DNA of 51,241 nt from Chiloscyllium plagiosum (taxonomy: Eukaryota). A program made the translations under genes and the position numbers. The notes below the pieces were generated by a model that made no database searches, was not told the DNA's origin, and saw nothing but the letters and a program-made list of their open reading frames with translations. Below are positions 25,055 to 38,165 of this stretch, piece after piece; the first letter of the stretch is position 1; every line of letters starts with the position of its first letter. The stretch lies in contig NC_057720.1 in assembly GCF_004010195.1 (NCBI RefSeq), positions 25,162,736 to 25,213,976 of the forward strand, given 5' to 3'.

Positions 25055-26293
25055 ATGTCCTTACTATGTACCTTTTGTTGTGTTATTTGTTTCATTCTAG
25101 AGCTTGTTCAACCTGTTTAGGGCCTCTCCTCTAATAATTATTGGTGTTGAAAGTGTTTTAGGTCAACAAGCTATCTATGAATGTTTTTTCATTGATGTAG
25201 GTACCATGGTGGAACTTGTGCAGCATCTATTTCCACCCTCCCAGTTCCAAGGTATTGCTTAATTTGTAGATGCAGCAGTGTGCTATTAAAATCCTTCCCC
25301 ACGGCTTATTTTGTTCTTTGTTTTTTCTGAAAATGTCCCATTCTATTTCATTTCCACTTTCAATTTGGTCACTTTGGCTGAGTATTTTAGTACACTCTTG
25401 ATATGAAAGCAAATGCTATATTCTTAGTGCGTAAATGTTTGAGCAGGGTGAGGAAATGGTTATATCGCTGCATGTTCTGCTGTTGCTCCCTGCTGCATGT
25501 TTTATACTAGAATCCTGATATTTTGTAGACTGCTTGATACTGTGCATCCAGATAATTGTGGTTCATAATGGCTCTCTAAATCCATTGAATTTGTTTGCCC
25601 TCACTTAATTTAGAAGCTGGTATTCCCATTGCTTTCTATAGCGGAAGCTTCAGCTGAAGTGAAACCTCTGTTTCTAAGGTGGTGGTCTGCATTGATTTAA
25701 TGGCTTACAATGTCTGAGTAGAATTGCTATGAACTTTGGGTATTTAACACTTTTTAAAATAAAAGCTGAAGTGATTTTCCACTTGAATTAGGCATTGTCT
25801 TAACTATTTGATATAATGTATAAATGTGAGAAAAGTCTTTCCAATGTTAAGTCATGCAGTAAATCACCCAAGATTTTTTGGCCCAACATAAATCAAGGGG
25901 CAAGTTCAGAATAAGGTTCCCTGGGCAGTCAGCGGTTAATGAACCACAAATGGTTCTCTTTGAGGCTCAGAGGGGCAGGACTGCTCCTCCTGACCCAAAC
26001 AAAGATAAGTTTAAAAGTCTGACAGTTGATAGGTGAATCCTAAAATCTGGTGTAGTAGTCGGCGAAGCCCCTTTAGGTGTTTCATTTCCTTCTGATCCTT
26101 TTGACATGTTTCACTTGTATAAATGTACAGGCGTCCTTCTGAAATGGATGAGATCTCCAGCCTGCAGATAAATTAGGCATTTGAGAATTGGAAGAGAGTG
26201 CATATTGGAATGTCTGAAGTAAAAAAGCATTCATTTTCTCTGCCATTTAGATTTAGATTTATTTAATATTGTCACTCGTGAAAAGTACATGAA

Positions 26294-26602
26294 ATTAGAT
26301 TAGATTCCCTACAGTGTGGAAACAGGCCCGCTGGGCCACCAAGTCCCTCTGAAGAGTAACCCACCCAGACCCATTTTCCTCTGACTAATGCACCTAATGC
26401 TATGGGCAATTTAGAATGGCCAATTCACCTGACTTGCACGTCTTTGGACTGTGGGAGGAAACCGGAGCACCTGCAGGAAACCCACGCAGAAACTGGGAGA
26501 ATGCGGAAACTCCACCCAGACAGTCACCCAAGGCTGGAATCGAACCTGGGTCCCTGGCGCTGTGAGGCAGCAGTGCTAACCACTGAGCCACTGTGTGGCC
26601 CC
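26294..26602 (-). mobile_element. HE1-type V-SINE, full length
   Basis: A box tggctcagtgg, B box ggttcgattcc, V-domain core and (aatct)n tail. Confidence 0.93.
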
Positions 26603-27471
26603 TATATAGTGTTGCCATGTTCCAGCGCCATCTTGGGTTACAGAATAAATTACTGAATAAATTGTACATACGGTAAACTATGGTAAATTAATATTAAATT
26701 GATGTTACTAAAACTTAAAACAGCTTCAAAAGTTCATCTTTCCCTGTAGTCTTCACTGTCTCATTATCCTCTCAGATGTTGGCCGTTATATTTTGAATTT
26801 AGGAAAAATAAGCTCTAACCATTTTTATAAATTGTTGTTCAAATAGTTTTGATACTTTGCCTTTTTAGGGCAAATTGAGGTTAGAATGGACATTGTTTAT
26901 ATCTGAAACTGGCAACCTTTGACACATTTGTGAGTTTGCATGATTCTCAATAAACAGTAATCTAATCAGGATAGCTTTGCACTCTATTTCTCTGTCAAGC
27001 TTGTAAGGTGAAGATAGGTCTAGAGCTGTATTTGTATGATTGCTGAAAAGGCTAGGAAGGACTTTGAGACCTGAAAAGTACATAATCTACCTCAAATTAG
27101 CTGGCAAAGACAAAGTATCTCAAAAATTTGAACAACACATTTCAGCAGACTATTTCATGCTGCTTCTTGGCAGTGGCTGTATAAAAATATTAAAAGCTTT
27201 AGCCATATGTTTCTCTTTTTAGCAATGTTCAAATTCAATACCAAAATAAATATTGAGCAGTCCAATGTTTTTGACTGCAGTTGGGAGACTGCCGTGGGCA
27301 CCATGAAGTCTCAGGTTATTGTGAGCCAGAGTGCAAATGTCTGAGACAGTCTCCTGTGACACTATTGTGTCATTTGCAATTAGTTAACTTTGACGTTCAC
27401 CAAATGTCTTGGGTAACACCTCCTTTCCAATGCAAAACCCCATTGTGCTCTTTTGACTTGCTCCTTGCTTG

Positions 27472-27679
27472 GAGGATGCCAGTGTTGAAGTACCCGCAGT
27501 TTACTGCAACCCAAACATATTACAGGGAACTTTCTGGAACCAGGGATCGGGGGCTGTCGGGTAGGTAAATTTCCCTTTTAAGTGAATTGGTTTACTCCAA
27601 CTGCAATTTCGGGCTTCCACAGTAGGTCTTGGAACGTATCCCCTGCAGTGGGTGGGGGGGCGCATGGGTGTCTATTGTA
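27472..27679 (-). mobile_element. Tigger/pogo-type MITE remnant (MER44-like ends)
   Basis: Minus strand TA-caatag...gcaggggatacgttccaagacctactgtggaagcccgaaa resembles the recalled Tigger/MER44 5' end; aatatgtttgggttgcagtaaactgcgggta resembles the 3' subterminal region. Confidence 0.5.
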
Positions 27680-29204
27680 CGTCCTTGCTATTGAATGCCA
27701 GAGTAGCCTGCTTCCATTTTCACTTCCTCAACTAGTGCTTGTATCTCTATTAGGACTTCTTCTGCCAACCTCTAACCCAAATGATACCAGCAGTGCCCCA
27801 TCCTATTCGTCCCTGCTCATGAGTGCCAGCCTCCGGTCCAAGGATGAAAACTCTGTTACTGTTTGAATGGCTGAGCATTAGTCTGTGTTACTAAAGTTGT
27901 TAACCAGTATATCCATTATCCCTGATGGCTTATTGCTGTGTTCATGACAACTGCACCATGATGTGTCCCAGACACTGAGTTTGCCGTGTGGCTCCAAACT
28001 GAAAATTTAAAGCAGTTCTTTTCAAACATTTACTGAGTTCATCAACCAGCTCGCACAACCATTAATGGAGAGGTATATCACGCTGTGTTCCTTGGATGAC
28101 AGAATTGCTTGTGCTGGCCACCCTGACAATTAAAAATTTAAATCCAGATCTCCTGGGACTCTGGATTCCTAGCAGATAAAAAGCAAAAAGAGTTTCTGGA
28201 ACATTCTCCAGACAAGGTAAAGATTTTGACCATTATGCTTAGTTTTTCCATCACTACATTGAAAATCAATTTAACTGCTGTTCATTGCCATTTTATAGTC
28301 TATTTCATTCTTCATGATTTTCATTTTGACAAGAATATGGTGTGGGTTTCACTGAGCTCATGATACAATGAACATTATATTATATATATTACTTAAAATG
28401 TTATCAAGTTGTTAAAAATGAGCTTGATTTTGTTCTCAGAAATGAACAAAATTAATTTAAACATGCTCACTGCCATATTTCTCTTTTATCATTCCATTAT
28501 ATTTTTCTTGTAGAATTCATTCATTTACAGTACATGACTCTGGGATTGCGTATCTCAATTCTATCAAAACTGCATTTTCCTGAATAGACACCTTTTTACT
28601 CTCTCTGTGTGTCATGTGTGTGCGTGTGTGTGCGCGATGGTTTGTTAATGTAGGTATTGACATACACTTGGCATTCACTTCATTAATTAAATTTGGTTAA
28701 CGTTGATCTTCTACATGACCTTGAAATTCCTTGGTAGCAAGCCTCATTTTATTTGACCTCCACAACGAAAAACCTTTAACTCCTAACATGAAAAACACAG
28801 AGATGCATTTCTACACTAGGTGATTCAGTATACGTTTCTCTTGGAATTGTTTTTAGAACCAAATAAAAAGACATAATATGAGCCCAATAATTTGAAGTGT
28901 CAGCTGAGCACCTAAGCTTCTAGTACTTGTCTGTGTATATTGATTTTTGCCTGCCTCTGGCATTCAAATTCTTTGGAATTTTTTAGATGAACTAGTACCA
29001 GATGTTTGAGAGGTCAAGATGGTGAGATATACAAAGTGAACAAAGCTATAAGGTTTTGGTGAGAGTGGCGTAGGCAAGAGATTGGGTCAGCAAATCAAAC
29101 TGTGTATAAATTTACGTAATGCACTTGCTTTCATGTCGCTTTATGAACTTCTCCAGATCCCACTATTGGTCCAATTCATTTTATTTGTTCTGTGTTTACT
29201 CCAG

Positions 29205-29387
29205 GCATTGCCTGTATTGCCTTATCTATTGTGGATCAACATGGAAATCCCATACTGACAACACAGCAGCAAGAGCAAACAGACCCTTCCAGATTATGTT
29301 TTCCCATAGATCTCATTCAGGAAGCAGACTTCAACAAACTGACCTGTGTCTCTAGATATGAGAGCAACTCCGAAGGAAAAATATCTG
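29205..29387 (+). CDS. SZT2: SZT2 internal coding exon (window exon 7)
   Basis: actccag| ... tctg|gtaagt; phase 1-1; (G)IACIALSIVDQHGNPIL...EADFNKLTCVSRYESNSEGKIS; follows a 17.5-kb intron. Confidence 0.94.
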
Positions 29388-30239
29388 GTAAGTACCACTA
29401 CATTTCAAACAGATATATATGATTGGGAATTAAATACGCCCTTGAGTATCACTGGCAAGCCCAAGAATGCACTTTTTTAATATTATGAGTTTAAATGTAG
29501 TCGTAGAGAAAGATCCACTCAATTGTGATGAAACCTTTATCATTGATGGTGAATGTAAGAATGAGACAGTGCAGTAAAACTATTTTTAAAATTCTGATTC
29601 TGCTTTAAACATTACTTTAACTTGCTTGATTTCACCTTGGCCACGGTTTCTTTATAGCTGGAACTATTGAGAGATACTGAAGTGAATTTTAACTGTTGTT
29701 GAGAAGGTGGGCAAAGTTGTTTTAGTGTCCATTTTGTTAGCATTGAGATGGTGGTGTTAGTACTCATCCTTAGACTGTTGTAATTCTAGTGATGATGGTT
29801 CTCTGGTAGCATTGATAGATGGGGTATTTGAAGATTTTTCCTGTGACAATAAAGGAAATGTGATATGACCAGGTCAGGATGGCATCTGATTTGGGGCACA
29901 ACATTGCAGAGTTGCTACTGCCATGAATTTCAGCTATTGGTATGGAGATCACAGGTGTGAGAGGACTATTAAAGTAACCCTGGTGTGGTACTGTAATGGT
30001 TTTGTATGTTGTGCATACTGTATCCATACAAATTGTTGATGGAAGCAAGCAGAATGTGAATAATGAGTGAGTGAAAGGGGCACCAGTCAAGCTAATGTGT
30101 TGAATGGTGTTAAGCGATATAAATGTTGTACCTATACCCATCAACATGTGTGGTAAATATTCCATTATAACCTGAAAGAAAGCTTGTAGATGGACAAGTT
30201 TGAGTGATTAGGAGTTGATGGTGAGGACTTTGACTATTT

Positions 30240-30620
30240 TATTTTTTCATGAGATGTGGACATCACTGGCAAGACCAGCATTTGTTGCCCTTGAACTGAA
30301 TAGCTTGCTAGACCATGTCAGAAGGTAGTTAAGAGTCAACAATGTTGCTGAGAGTCTGGACTCAACATATAAACCAGACTGAGTAAGAGTGGCAGATTTC
30401 CTTCCCTGAAGGACATTAGTGAGTTAGATGTGTCTTCACAAGAATCAGTGATAGTTTTGTGGTTGCCTATTACTTTGACTAGCTCTCAATTCCAGATTTA
30501 TTATTGTTTGAATTTAAAATCAACCAACGGATGTGGTTGAATTTGAATTCATGTCTTCTCCCTTGTTTTCCTGGGCTAGATTTACAAGGATTATGAATTC
30601 AGTGACAATTCTGCCTTGGC
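30240..30620 (-). mobile_element. tRNA-derived SINE, same family as 15370-15700
   Basis: Shared catgagatgtgg...ccagcattt...ttccttccctgaaggacattagtga blocks. Confidence 0.7.
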
Positions 30621-32871
30621 ATTGTTTTCTCACACTACTGAAGTTTACTCTTTGTTTTCTGAAGAATTTTTTTTATGCTTTAATAACGCCATCTTTCAAT
30701 GGCCTCAAAACTGAAAAATCAAATTGTTCTGATATTTTGTAACACAGTCCTCTGATAGTAGGGCAAATCTCATGGACGTTCTCTGCATTGCTTCCAGGAT
30801 TTGGATGTTAATGTTTGTTTTTTTTTAAAACGTCTTTAACTTTTGCATTCACTCGCTGTTGTTGTCATTGGCAGTATGTTCATTTAATGGCCATTGCTGC
30901 TGACCTACAATGAGCTACCTTCAACACCACTACGGTCCATTTGCTGAAGGCATTCCCATAGTGCTTTAGGGAGAGTTCCAGGATATTGATCCAGGGTTGA
31001 TGAGGGAATAATGCTACATGTTAAAGTCATGATGGTGTGCAACTCAGAGAGGAATTTAAAGATGGTGTTTCTCCCATTTGCCTGCTTCCTTTGTTCGCCT
31101 AGGTGGCAGAGTTATCTGGTTTGCGAGATGCTGTTGAAGAAAACTTGGAGAATTGATGCAATGCTCCTTGTAGATGGTGCACACAATAGCCATGGTGTGC
31201 TGATGGTGGAGAGAGTGAATGTTTAAAATGAGTCGTTTTGACTGGATGATGTCAACCTTTTTGAGTTTGTTGGAACTGAGCCTGTCTCAACAAAAAACTC
31301 CAGTAAAGACTTGTGCTTTAATAGCTGGTGGTAGAAAGGTTTTGGGTGTCAGGAGCTGCTTTCTTCTGGATATTAATTCCCAGACTAATCATGTAATTTC
31401 AATATCTATGTGGCCAGTCAGTCTTGTTGGAAATCTGTAGGGCTGATCCATAGGAGGATGATGGTGAGAAAGTTAATAATAGTATTTTTCACTACATTAA
31501 AGGCACAGAATAAATACGCATTATTGTTTTTAGTAACTCTATTGAAGATAGTAGACAATTTCTTGTTGAAAATGAGACTGGGAATAGGGGGTAAGAGGTG
31601 ATATAGGCATCAAGGTACTTGTTTGATTGACCAGTACGTCTTTTTGGCCTCATCATTTTTATATGCTCACAACATGGTCTGCAGAGATTGCATAGTTTGA
31701 CCTCAGCAAATCATTATATACTTTTAGTATGACAACTTCAGCTGTGCACTGCATTGTTCAACTCTGCAGCATGATTGCTACTCTAAAGTTAACATCACTC
31801 TTGGATCTATTTCAGTCTCTCTGACAGTATTTGTACAGTTCATGAAAATATTGCTGTTTTTTACTGATGTGTAACACTTCAGTGTATTGTGTTTCATCTG
31901 CATCTGTCCACTTCAGTTTCTTTAAGTGTTCCCAAAAGTTAGTGTACCCTGTCATTTTAGGAACTTATATTCCACTTCTCAGTCCAGACACACAGATTTA
32001 AATCAACCTTACAACACAGGGTTAGGCTGTTTGGCCCACAGGTTCATGTTCTCCATATTAGCAGTAAATCCTAATCCACCGTGCCTACCTTTTAATCTTA
32101 TACCCATTGCATTTGTCTTTTTCTTCTTCACTCATAAGCCACCGCAGACAGTTTGTTTCTGTTTGGTCTGACCAGTCCCTTTTGTGATATTAATGCAAGT
32201 TTTGTTTTGATGTCAGCAAATCCACTTTATTCTATCCAATTACACTAATTCCTTTCTACTTGCAAAGATGGTCCAGAGATGAATAAGCTTGGCTTGTTAA
32301 GCGACTCGTCCAGGAGAATTTTATTGAAGGATTAGCCAGCTAGTCAGGTACCTTACATTGTGAGGTTTTCCAGTGTTCACTGGAAAGTCACTTCCACAAA
32401 AATGTCAGGACACTTACGGAAGGCAAATGTTTGAAACCATCCTGGTTACAGGTTTTTAAAAAATTTGTTATTAGTTTTCAGTCCATTATTTTCTTCTTTA
32501 CTGATTTAAGATGGTCCATAGTTTTGTCTTTTTCCTCTTTTCAAAAAGAGCTACTGCCTTGGCTTGTTTCCATCTCAGTGCAACCAACCCTTCACTTATC
32601 AATGCATGACAACAGTTGGCACTTTACAAATATCATGCCTCGTCTCTCATTCCGAGAGTGCAGTGTGGTATTTGAGCAGCATGTACTGAATACTGTAATA
32701 AACATGCTTCATTGAGCATTCAGATGTAACCAGTTCGCCCAAGAGAGTGGTGAACAGCATATAAACATATAGGTGCACATCATAGAATGTGGGCAAAACT
32801 GACCATCCCTAGATTGATTGTGCAGCTTATTCTCTTAACTGCACATTTTAATCACTGTTTTATCTCTTCAG

Positions 32872-33063
32872 ACCCCAACACCCTTGTACGTTTTGATATT
32901 TGGGAACAGGGAAACATCAGTCTATTGCAACTTACTGAAAAACTTCAGAATGGTCTTCGTCATGCTCTTTGTGATGTTGTTATGGAATTTCGAATGCTCC
33001 AGTGCCCACTGTGCGTGGAATCCTACTGCCCTGCCATGGTCACACCAGAGAGTGACACAAATG
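32872..33063 (+). CDS. SZT2: SZT2 internal coding exon (window exon 8)
   Basis: ctcttcag| ... aatg|gtaagc; phase 1-1; (D)PNTLVRFDIWEQGNISLLQLTEKLQNGLRHALCDVVMEFRMLQCPLCVE...SDTN. Confidence 0.96.
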
Positions 33064-33749
33064 GTAAGCATTTAAAATTCACACATCAATGTTTTACAAA
33101 ATAGTGGAAGAATATTGTGATAATCAGCTATGGTCATTTTTGCAGAGCAGTGCAAATACCTTTTGATCTGAGAAAGATGTTTTCTGTAAAGTTGTTGCAG
33201 GTTCACGTGGGTTAGATTGAGTTTCAATTCAGAGTTTTGTAGTTCCATGTAAAATCCTGTTTACCTTCCATTCCTCTTTATGCTGGTTTACATTGGTTCT
33301 TGATCTGCTCATACTCCCAGTTTTAAAAAAAAAATCATCCTTTGTCTTTCATGGTCTTGCATCTCCCTAACTCTGTAGCGTCCTCTCAATTCCTCAGACC
33401 TCTCTAATCTTCTAATTTAACTGAATACATTCCAAAACTCTGTTCAGAATTGGTGATCATCCACCTATTCCCCCCATTAAAAAAAGGCCTTCCCTCAACA
33501 CTTTTAGGATTATGTTTGGATGTCGAGACATAATAAAAAATATTAAGATGTGAGGCCTAAAGCTTAGACCTCTGCAAGTGATTAAAGGTATCTCAAACAT
33601 GGTTTCTAAATGAGCATGTTGTCGCTGATGAATCAATGTCCCTTTTGGACTGTTTCATGTGTCACCAGTTTCTGTCAACTTCCGTAGTGCCACTGTGAAG
33701 AGAGAAAACAGAGTCTTTATTTCTGAGTCTTTTTTAAACCTTTTTTTTT

Positions 33750-34092
33750 CTTAATTCATTTTATTCATGGGATGTCGGTGTTACTGGCTAGGGCAGTATT
33801 GTCTATGTGTAATTGCCCAGAGAGCAGGTAAAAGTCAATCTGATGTTGGTCTGAAGTAACATGTCAGTCAGACCAAGCAACGATGGCAATTCCCTTCCCT
33901 AAAGGACATTAATAAACGGATGGTTTATTCTGACAATTGACATCAGTTTCATGGTCATCATTAGATTCTTAATTCCAGATTTTTCTTATTAAATTGAAAT
34001 TTTACCATGGTGGGATCTGCCATGGTGGGATTTGAACCTGGGTCCCCAGAACCTGGCTTAATAGTTGAGCAATAAAACCGCTAGGCCATCAT
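33750..34092 (-). mobile_element. tRNA-derived SINE, same family as 15370-15700
   Basis: attcatgggatg...cccttccctaaaggacatta...ggatttgaacc (B box on the minus strand). Confidence 0.75.
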
Positions 34093-34319
34093 CACACTTT
34101 TATGACTTGCTGTCTTGCAAAAGACAGGCTCAAAATGTTAAAACTGTTTCTGACTCGGCAGTTGCTGCAGCATCTGCTAAGATAACATTTTCTGTCTTTA
34201 TTTCAGATTTCCAGCATCTGCAGTTTTTGCTTTCCTTCCTACTGGTGCCAATGAAATATTAAAAGCCTTTCATATTGCAAGCATTTCTTAATGATTCATT
34301 CTTTTTTGTGAATGGTTAG

Positions 34320-34480
34320 GTCGACTCAGCAGGTCAGGGTCAGAGATTAAAGAAGCAATTGCCCTTTCTAGCAGTTTGGCTGGAAGTAAAAGCAGCCCTG
34401 TACCTGTTTCCACCCCTGGCAACTCGGAATCCACCACTCCAACAAGCAAGACAGGCCGACGCAGTTTCTGGGATATGCTG
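34320..34480 (+). CDS. SZT2: SZT2 internal coding exon (window exon 9); 5' boundary less certain
   Basis: ggttag| ... ctg|gtgagt; phase 1-0; (G)RLSRSGSEIKEAIALSSSLAGSKSSPVPVSTPGNSESTTPTSKTGRRSFWDML. Confidence 0.9.
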
Positions 34481-34729
34481 GTGAGTGTAGATATTTGGAT
34501 GCCTGCAGTGTTTAAAGCCAGATCTTGGTTGAGGTTTCCCATTTTGTTACAGTTTCTAACGGGCTATCCAAAACTATTAAGGTCCTAGATGAGGAGGGAT
34601 GACCAGACTCCAGTTCCTAATTAACTCACCCACCCAATGGTTGGTTGCAGTAAGGTTAATTTAGAAAGGATTCCTGGACTCCCAACCAAATGGACTTGTG
34701 CTTTAAAAGCAACCGATATGATTAAACTC

Positions 34730-35165
34730 TACGGAACCAGAGGTGATTGATGGCAATAGTTGAGTGAGGGATATGCTGAGCCATAAGATTGCAGATTGTG
34801 TTGGAGTACAGTTCTGCTGTTGGTGATGGCCTAGAGTGCCTCATGGATGCCCTGTCTTGAACTGATGGATCTATTCAAAGTCTGTCCTGTTTAGCATATT
34901 GCTATGCCACTCAAGATGACGGAGGTCATTCTCAATGTGAAGGTGGGACTTGGTTTTTACAAGAACCGTGCAGTGATCATTCTTACCAAAACGGTCATGG
35001 ACAGATACATCTGAAGCAGGCAGATTGGTAAGGGTGAGGTCAAGTATGTTTTCCTTTACATGCTGCAGACCAAGTCTAGCTGCCAATTCCTTTAGGAGTC
35101 ACGCAGCTTAATCAGTTGTGCTTCTGCCGAGCCACTCTTGGTGGTGGATATTGATAACTCCCATC
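34730..35165 (-). mobile_element. Old LINE endonuclease fragment (CR1/L2 class)
   Basis: ORF piece LGLQHVKENILDLTLTNLP...GKNDHCTVLV (APE C-terminal DL..TN and SDH motifs). Confidence 0.7.
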
Positions 35166-35345
35166 AGGCTGCCTCATTACCTTAGCAGCCACAAGAGATC
35201 AAAGAATCTATTAGACCTGTTTGTTTCCTGCCACTTTGAAGGCCTGTTGTTCATATTCCCTTCGCATTCATAGGTGACATTCCTTGGGTTACTCTTGCTT
35301 TCGCGTGCGCTCTCTCTCTCTCTTCCGCCCTGTCTCTCTCTCTCT

Positions 35346-35780
35346 CTTAAGAGGCAACTTTTTCACACAGAGGGTGGTAGGTGTATGGAATGAGCTGCCA
35401 GAGGAAGTGGTGAAGCTGGTACAATTATAACATTTAAAAGACATCTGGATGGATATATGAATAGGAAGGGTTTAGAGGGATATGGGCCACTGGCTGACAA
35501 ATGGGACTAGATTTATATGGGATATATGATCAGCATGGATGAATTAGACCAAAGTGTCTGTTTCCGTGCTGTACATCTGTTTGCCTCTGCGTGCAGGTTA
35601 GGTGGATTGGCCATGCTAAATTGCCAATGATATCCATCATTATGCAGGCTAGGTGGATTAGCCATGGGAAATGCAAAGTTACGGGGATGGGATAGGGGGC
35701 GTGTGTCTGGATGGGATACTCTTTGGAGGGACAGTGTGGATTTGATGGGCCGAATAGCCTGCTTACACACTGTAGGGATT
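35346..35780 (+). mobile_element. CR1 3' fragment followed by the 3' half of an HE1 SINE
   Basis: 35346-35580 is collinear with LINE 3' ends; 35590-35780 reads gtgcaggttaggtggattggccatgctaaattgcc...gggccgaatagcctg. Confidence 0.85.
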
Positions 35781-35850
35781 CTGTGTTGCAGAGCCAGGTG
35801 GACAGTCTTTCTCCATTTGAAAAGTGACAAGGAATGTTTATATTTTTCAG

Positions 35851-36032
35851 AGTAAGACTGATTTCTCTGACACTGGCACCCCTAAGACCACAGATGACAT
35901 TGTTCTGGAAAGGACCGATGACAGTCGTATTCGTCGTAGGCACAAAACAGAACATTTGAAGCAGTCTTCTAGTCACGACCGAGCATCCACAGTGGAACTG
36001 GAACAAACACAGAGACAGGCAGCTTCAAGAAG
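35851..36032 (+). CDS. SZT2: SZT2 internal coding exon (window exon 10)
   Basis: tttttcag| ... gaag|gtacag; phase 0-2; SKTDFSDTGTPKTTDDIVLERTDDSRIRRRHKTEHLKQ...RQAASR(R). Confidence 0.95.
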
Positions 36033-37508
36033 GTACAGCCTCTGCCAATTCAACAGTCCCTGTTTATCCTTGTTAGTTAGCTATATCAAAAACACGGCAC
36101 AAACAATCTACTCATACTACAAGGTGTCAATTACAAAGACAGCATTAAAACTGTTTCAGGTGGTCTGATTTCAGGTTGTTCAGCCAGACTGACTGCATTT
36201 GCTGTGATTACCCTCTGAAATTGAGTGTAATTTCAAGACATAAGACTTGTGCAGATTGATATCGAAATCCTGAGGAAATGATCTGTTGCTCAGGGCTTCA
36301 ATAACAAGCTGTGCAGGACCGATTTAATATTTGTATTTTAAGTGGGTCGACTGAGTGAAATTAAAACATGTAATCTGCGCAAGTGTAAATAATGCATGAC
36401 TTGGAGTTGCATCTTAATGAGGAAGCAGCAGTAACTCAATCTATAAGAACTTTGAGGATTTAATTTTTAAACAGTACATTTCTAAAGTTATTAATCCTGC
36501 CTCAAGTAGCAACCATTGCATGTAATGGACAAGCCATGTACGTATGAGTATGGCCATTGTAACAGTGGAGACTATTTGTGACCCTGTGGTTTTTATTTAC
36601 TGCTGTAGTCAGAAGCTAATGAGTAATATATCAACAAATTGAAACTTGTTTCCAGATCTGATTTGTTAACAGCTTGAGATGCTTAACTATACATGCAAAT
36701 AAGGATTAGAAGGTCTACTTTAAAGGCCTGTATCCAAGCTCGACCCACTTCTGCCGATTGATAAGATAATGCATTTGCATTCTCAGTGAGCCCAACTGCA
36801 TGTCTTTCTCCGAGTGAGGTAAATGGAAATTCATTCAGTACATGCCTATTTTTCTAGTTCAGCTTTTTTGAACAGGTAGAGGCTTTGAACTAACCTGTGA
36901 AAACTGCCAGAGATGGTCAGGAACCACCCTGTCCATGTCCTGTCTAATAGGTAGCCCTTCTGCTCGCATGGCAATATGTTTGGAAAGCCATATAATTATT
37001 GCTTGAATGTATCCACCCATGTTGGCCTGTGTCTCCAGTTTGTTATATGCATTTGATTTTCAGTATTTTAATATCTGGTATGGGATTACTGATCAATCTG
37101 CTGTGTCTCACTAGGCCTTCCTCTGATAAGTATAACTGGTGTAATCATTGTTTATAATTATATCCAAGTATGTTGAGAAAGAGTGCTGTAAATCATCTGA
37201 CATTTACTCTTCGGTACGTTCTATTCTATCTGACTTTTATTCTCAACATCGATGATTTTCATGTAACTGATTAGGAAATTTGATCGAGTTAAATGTATTT
37301 ATTTCAATGAGGAGAGCAGAGTATTTAATAATGCTCAATTACAATGAAAATCAAATATCATTTCTTTCAACTTACATAGACAAGATGAAAATTAGTTTCG
37401 GTTGGACTATCCCAATGTGGGTGTGCATATAGGTTTGATAAATGCAGGTGAATACATTTTAATAAATAAAAATGAAACAAATTTCTATAGCCTGCTAACT
37501 TCTTGCAG

Positions 37509-37606
37509 GAAGCGGACTGGCCAGTTGGAGGAAGGAGACCTGGGATCTCTTCATCCTCTCTTTCACGTCACATGTCAGCAGTGGATGGCATTCATGGGTG
37601 TGCTGG
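37509..37606 (+). CDS. SZT2: SZT2 internal coding exon (window exon 11)
   Basis: cttgcag| ... ctgg|gtgagt; phase 2-1; KRTGQLEEGDLGSLHPLFHVTCQQWMAFMGVL(G). Confidence 0.96.
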
Positions 37607-37774
37607 GTGAGTACGTCTCAATTCCTTATGCAATCCCAAAAAGTTGCGTTTCAACATGAGACTCTGTTTTCTTTTGTATATCCATTAATTAATTTGTCTG
37701 ATAATTTAAGTTTTGTGTTCAGAGTTGTTTGTATTTTAACCCATAAAATAAAACAGTAACTCTAGATGTTTGCC

Positions 37775-38165
37775 TTCATCAATGACAACACTCTTGCCTC
37801 TGAGCCAAAGGCCCGAACATGAGCTTGAGTAACCTAGGCTATCGCTTTTTGTGCAGTACTGAGGGAGTGCTGTGCTGTCAGAGGCGGTGTCTTTTAGGTG
37901 TAATATTAAGGTGAAGCCCTGTATTTGCCCCTGCTCTTCAGGGAGAACTAGAAGATTCAATGGCAGTATTTCAAAGAACAGGTGAGTTATTTCAGATCGC
38001 TTAACCAATGTTTATCTCTTCTTCAGTGGCAAATCATTTAATTCATTAATGTTTGTGAGAGCTTGCTGTTTGCAAATTGGATGTGTCATTTTCCACATTT
38101 CTTCGATGATAAGCTACTTTGGGATATCATGAGCATGTGATGAGCATAGATGCGGATTTCCTCTT
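37775..38165 (+). mobile_element. Deu-domain SINE (SacSINE1/AmnSINE1-like)
   Basis: gtgcagtactgagggagtgctgtgctgtcagaggcggtgtctttt...aagattcaatggcagtatttcaaagaacagg matches the recalled Deu-domain consensus. Confidence 0.75.

Noticed and set aside
26520..26602. tRNA-like A/B boxes here and at 6.7, 38.9 and 42.2 kb
   Set aside because: SINE heads, not tRNA genes; no cloverleaf, and they continue into SINE bodies.
28148..28216. Exon-like 69 nt (ccag|atctcc...caag|gtaaag)
   Set aside because: Open only in phase 0; the host intron is phase 1, which gives a TAA. Poor pyrimidine tract, and the flanking SZT2 exons already join seamlessly (GGK-G-IAC).
29525..29597. Possible C/D snoRNA (gtgatga ... 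ctga)
   Set aside because: No terminal stem, no recognisable guide, and atypical intron position.
36787..36818. 32-nt poison-exon candidate (ctcag|tgag...gag|gtaaat)
   Set aside because: Weak acceptor and no independent support.
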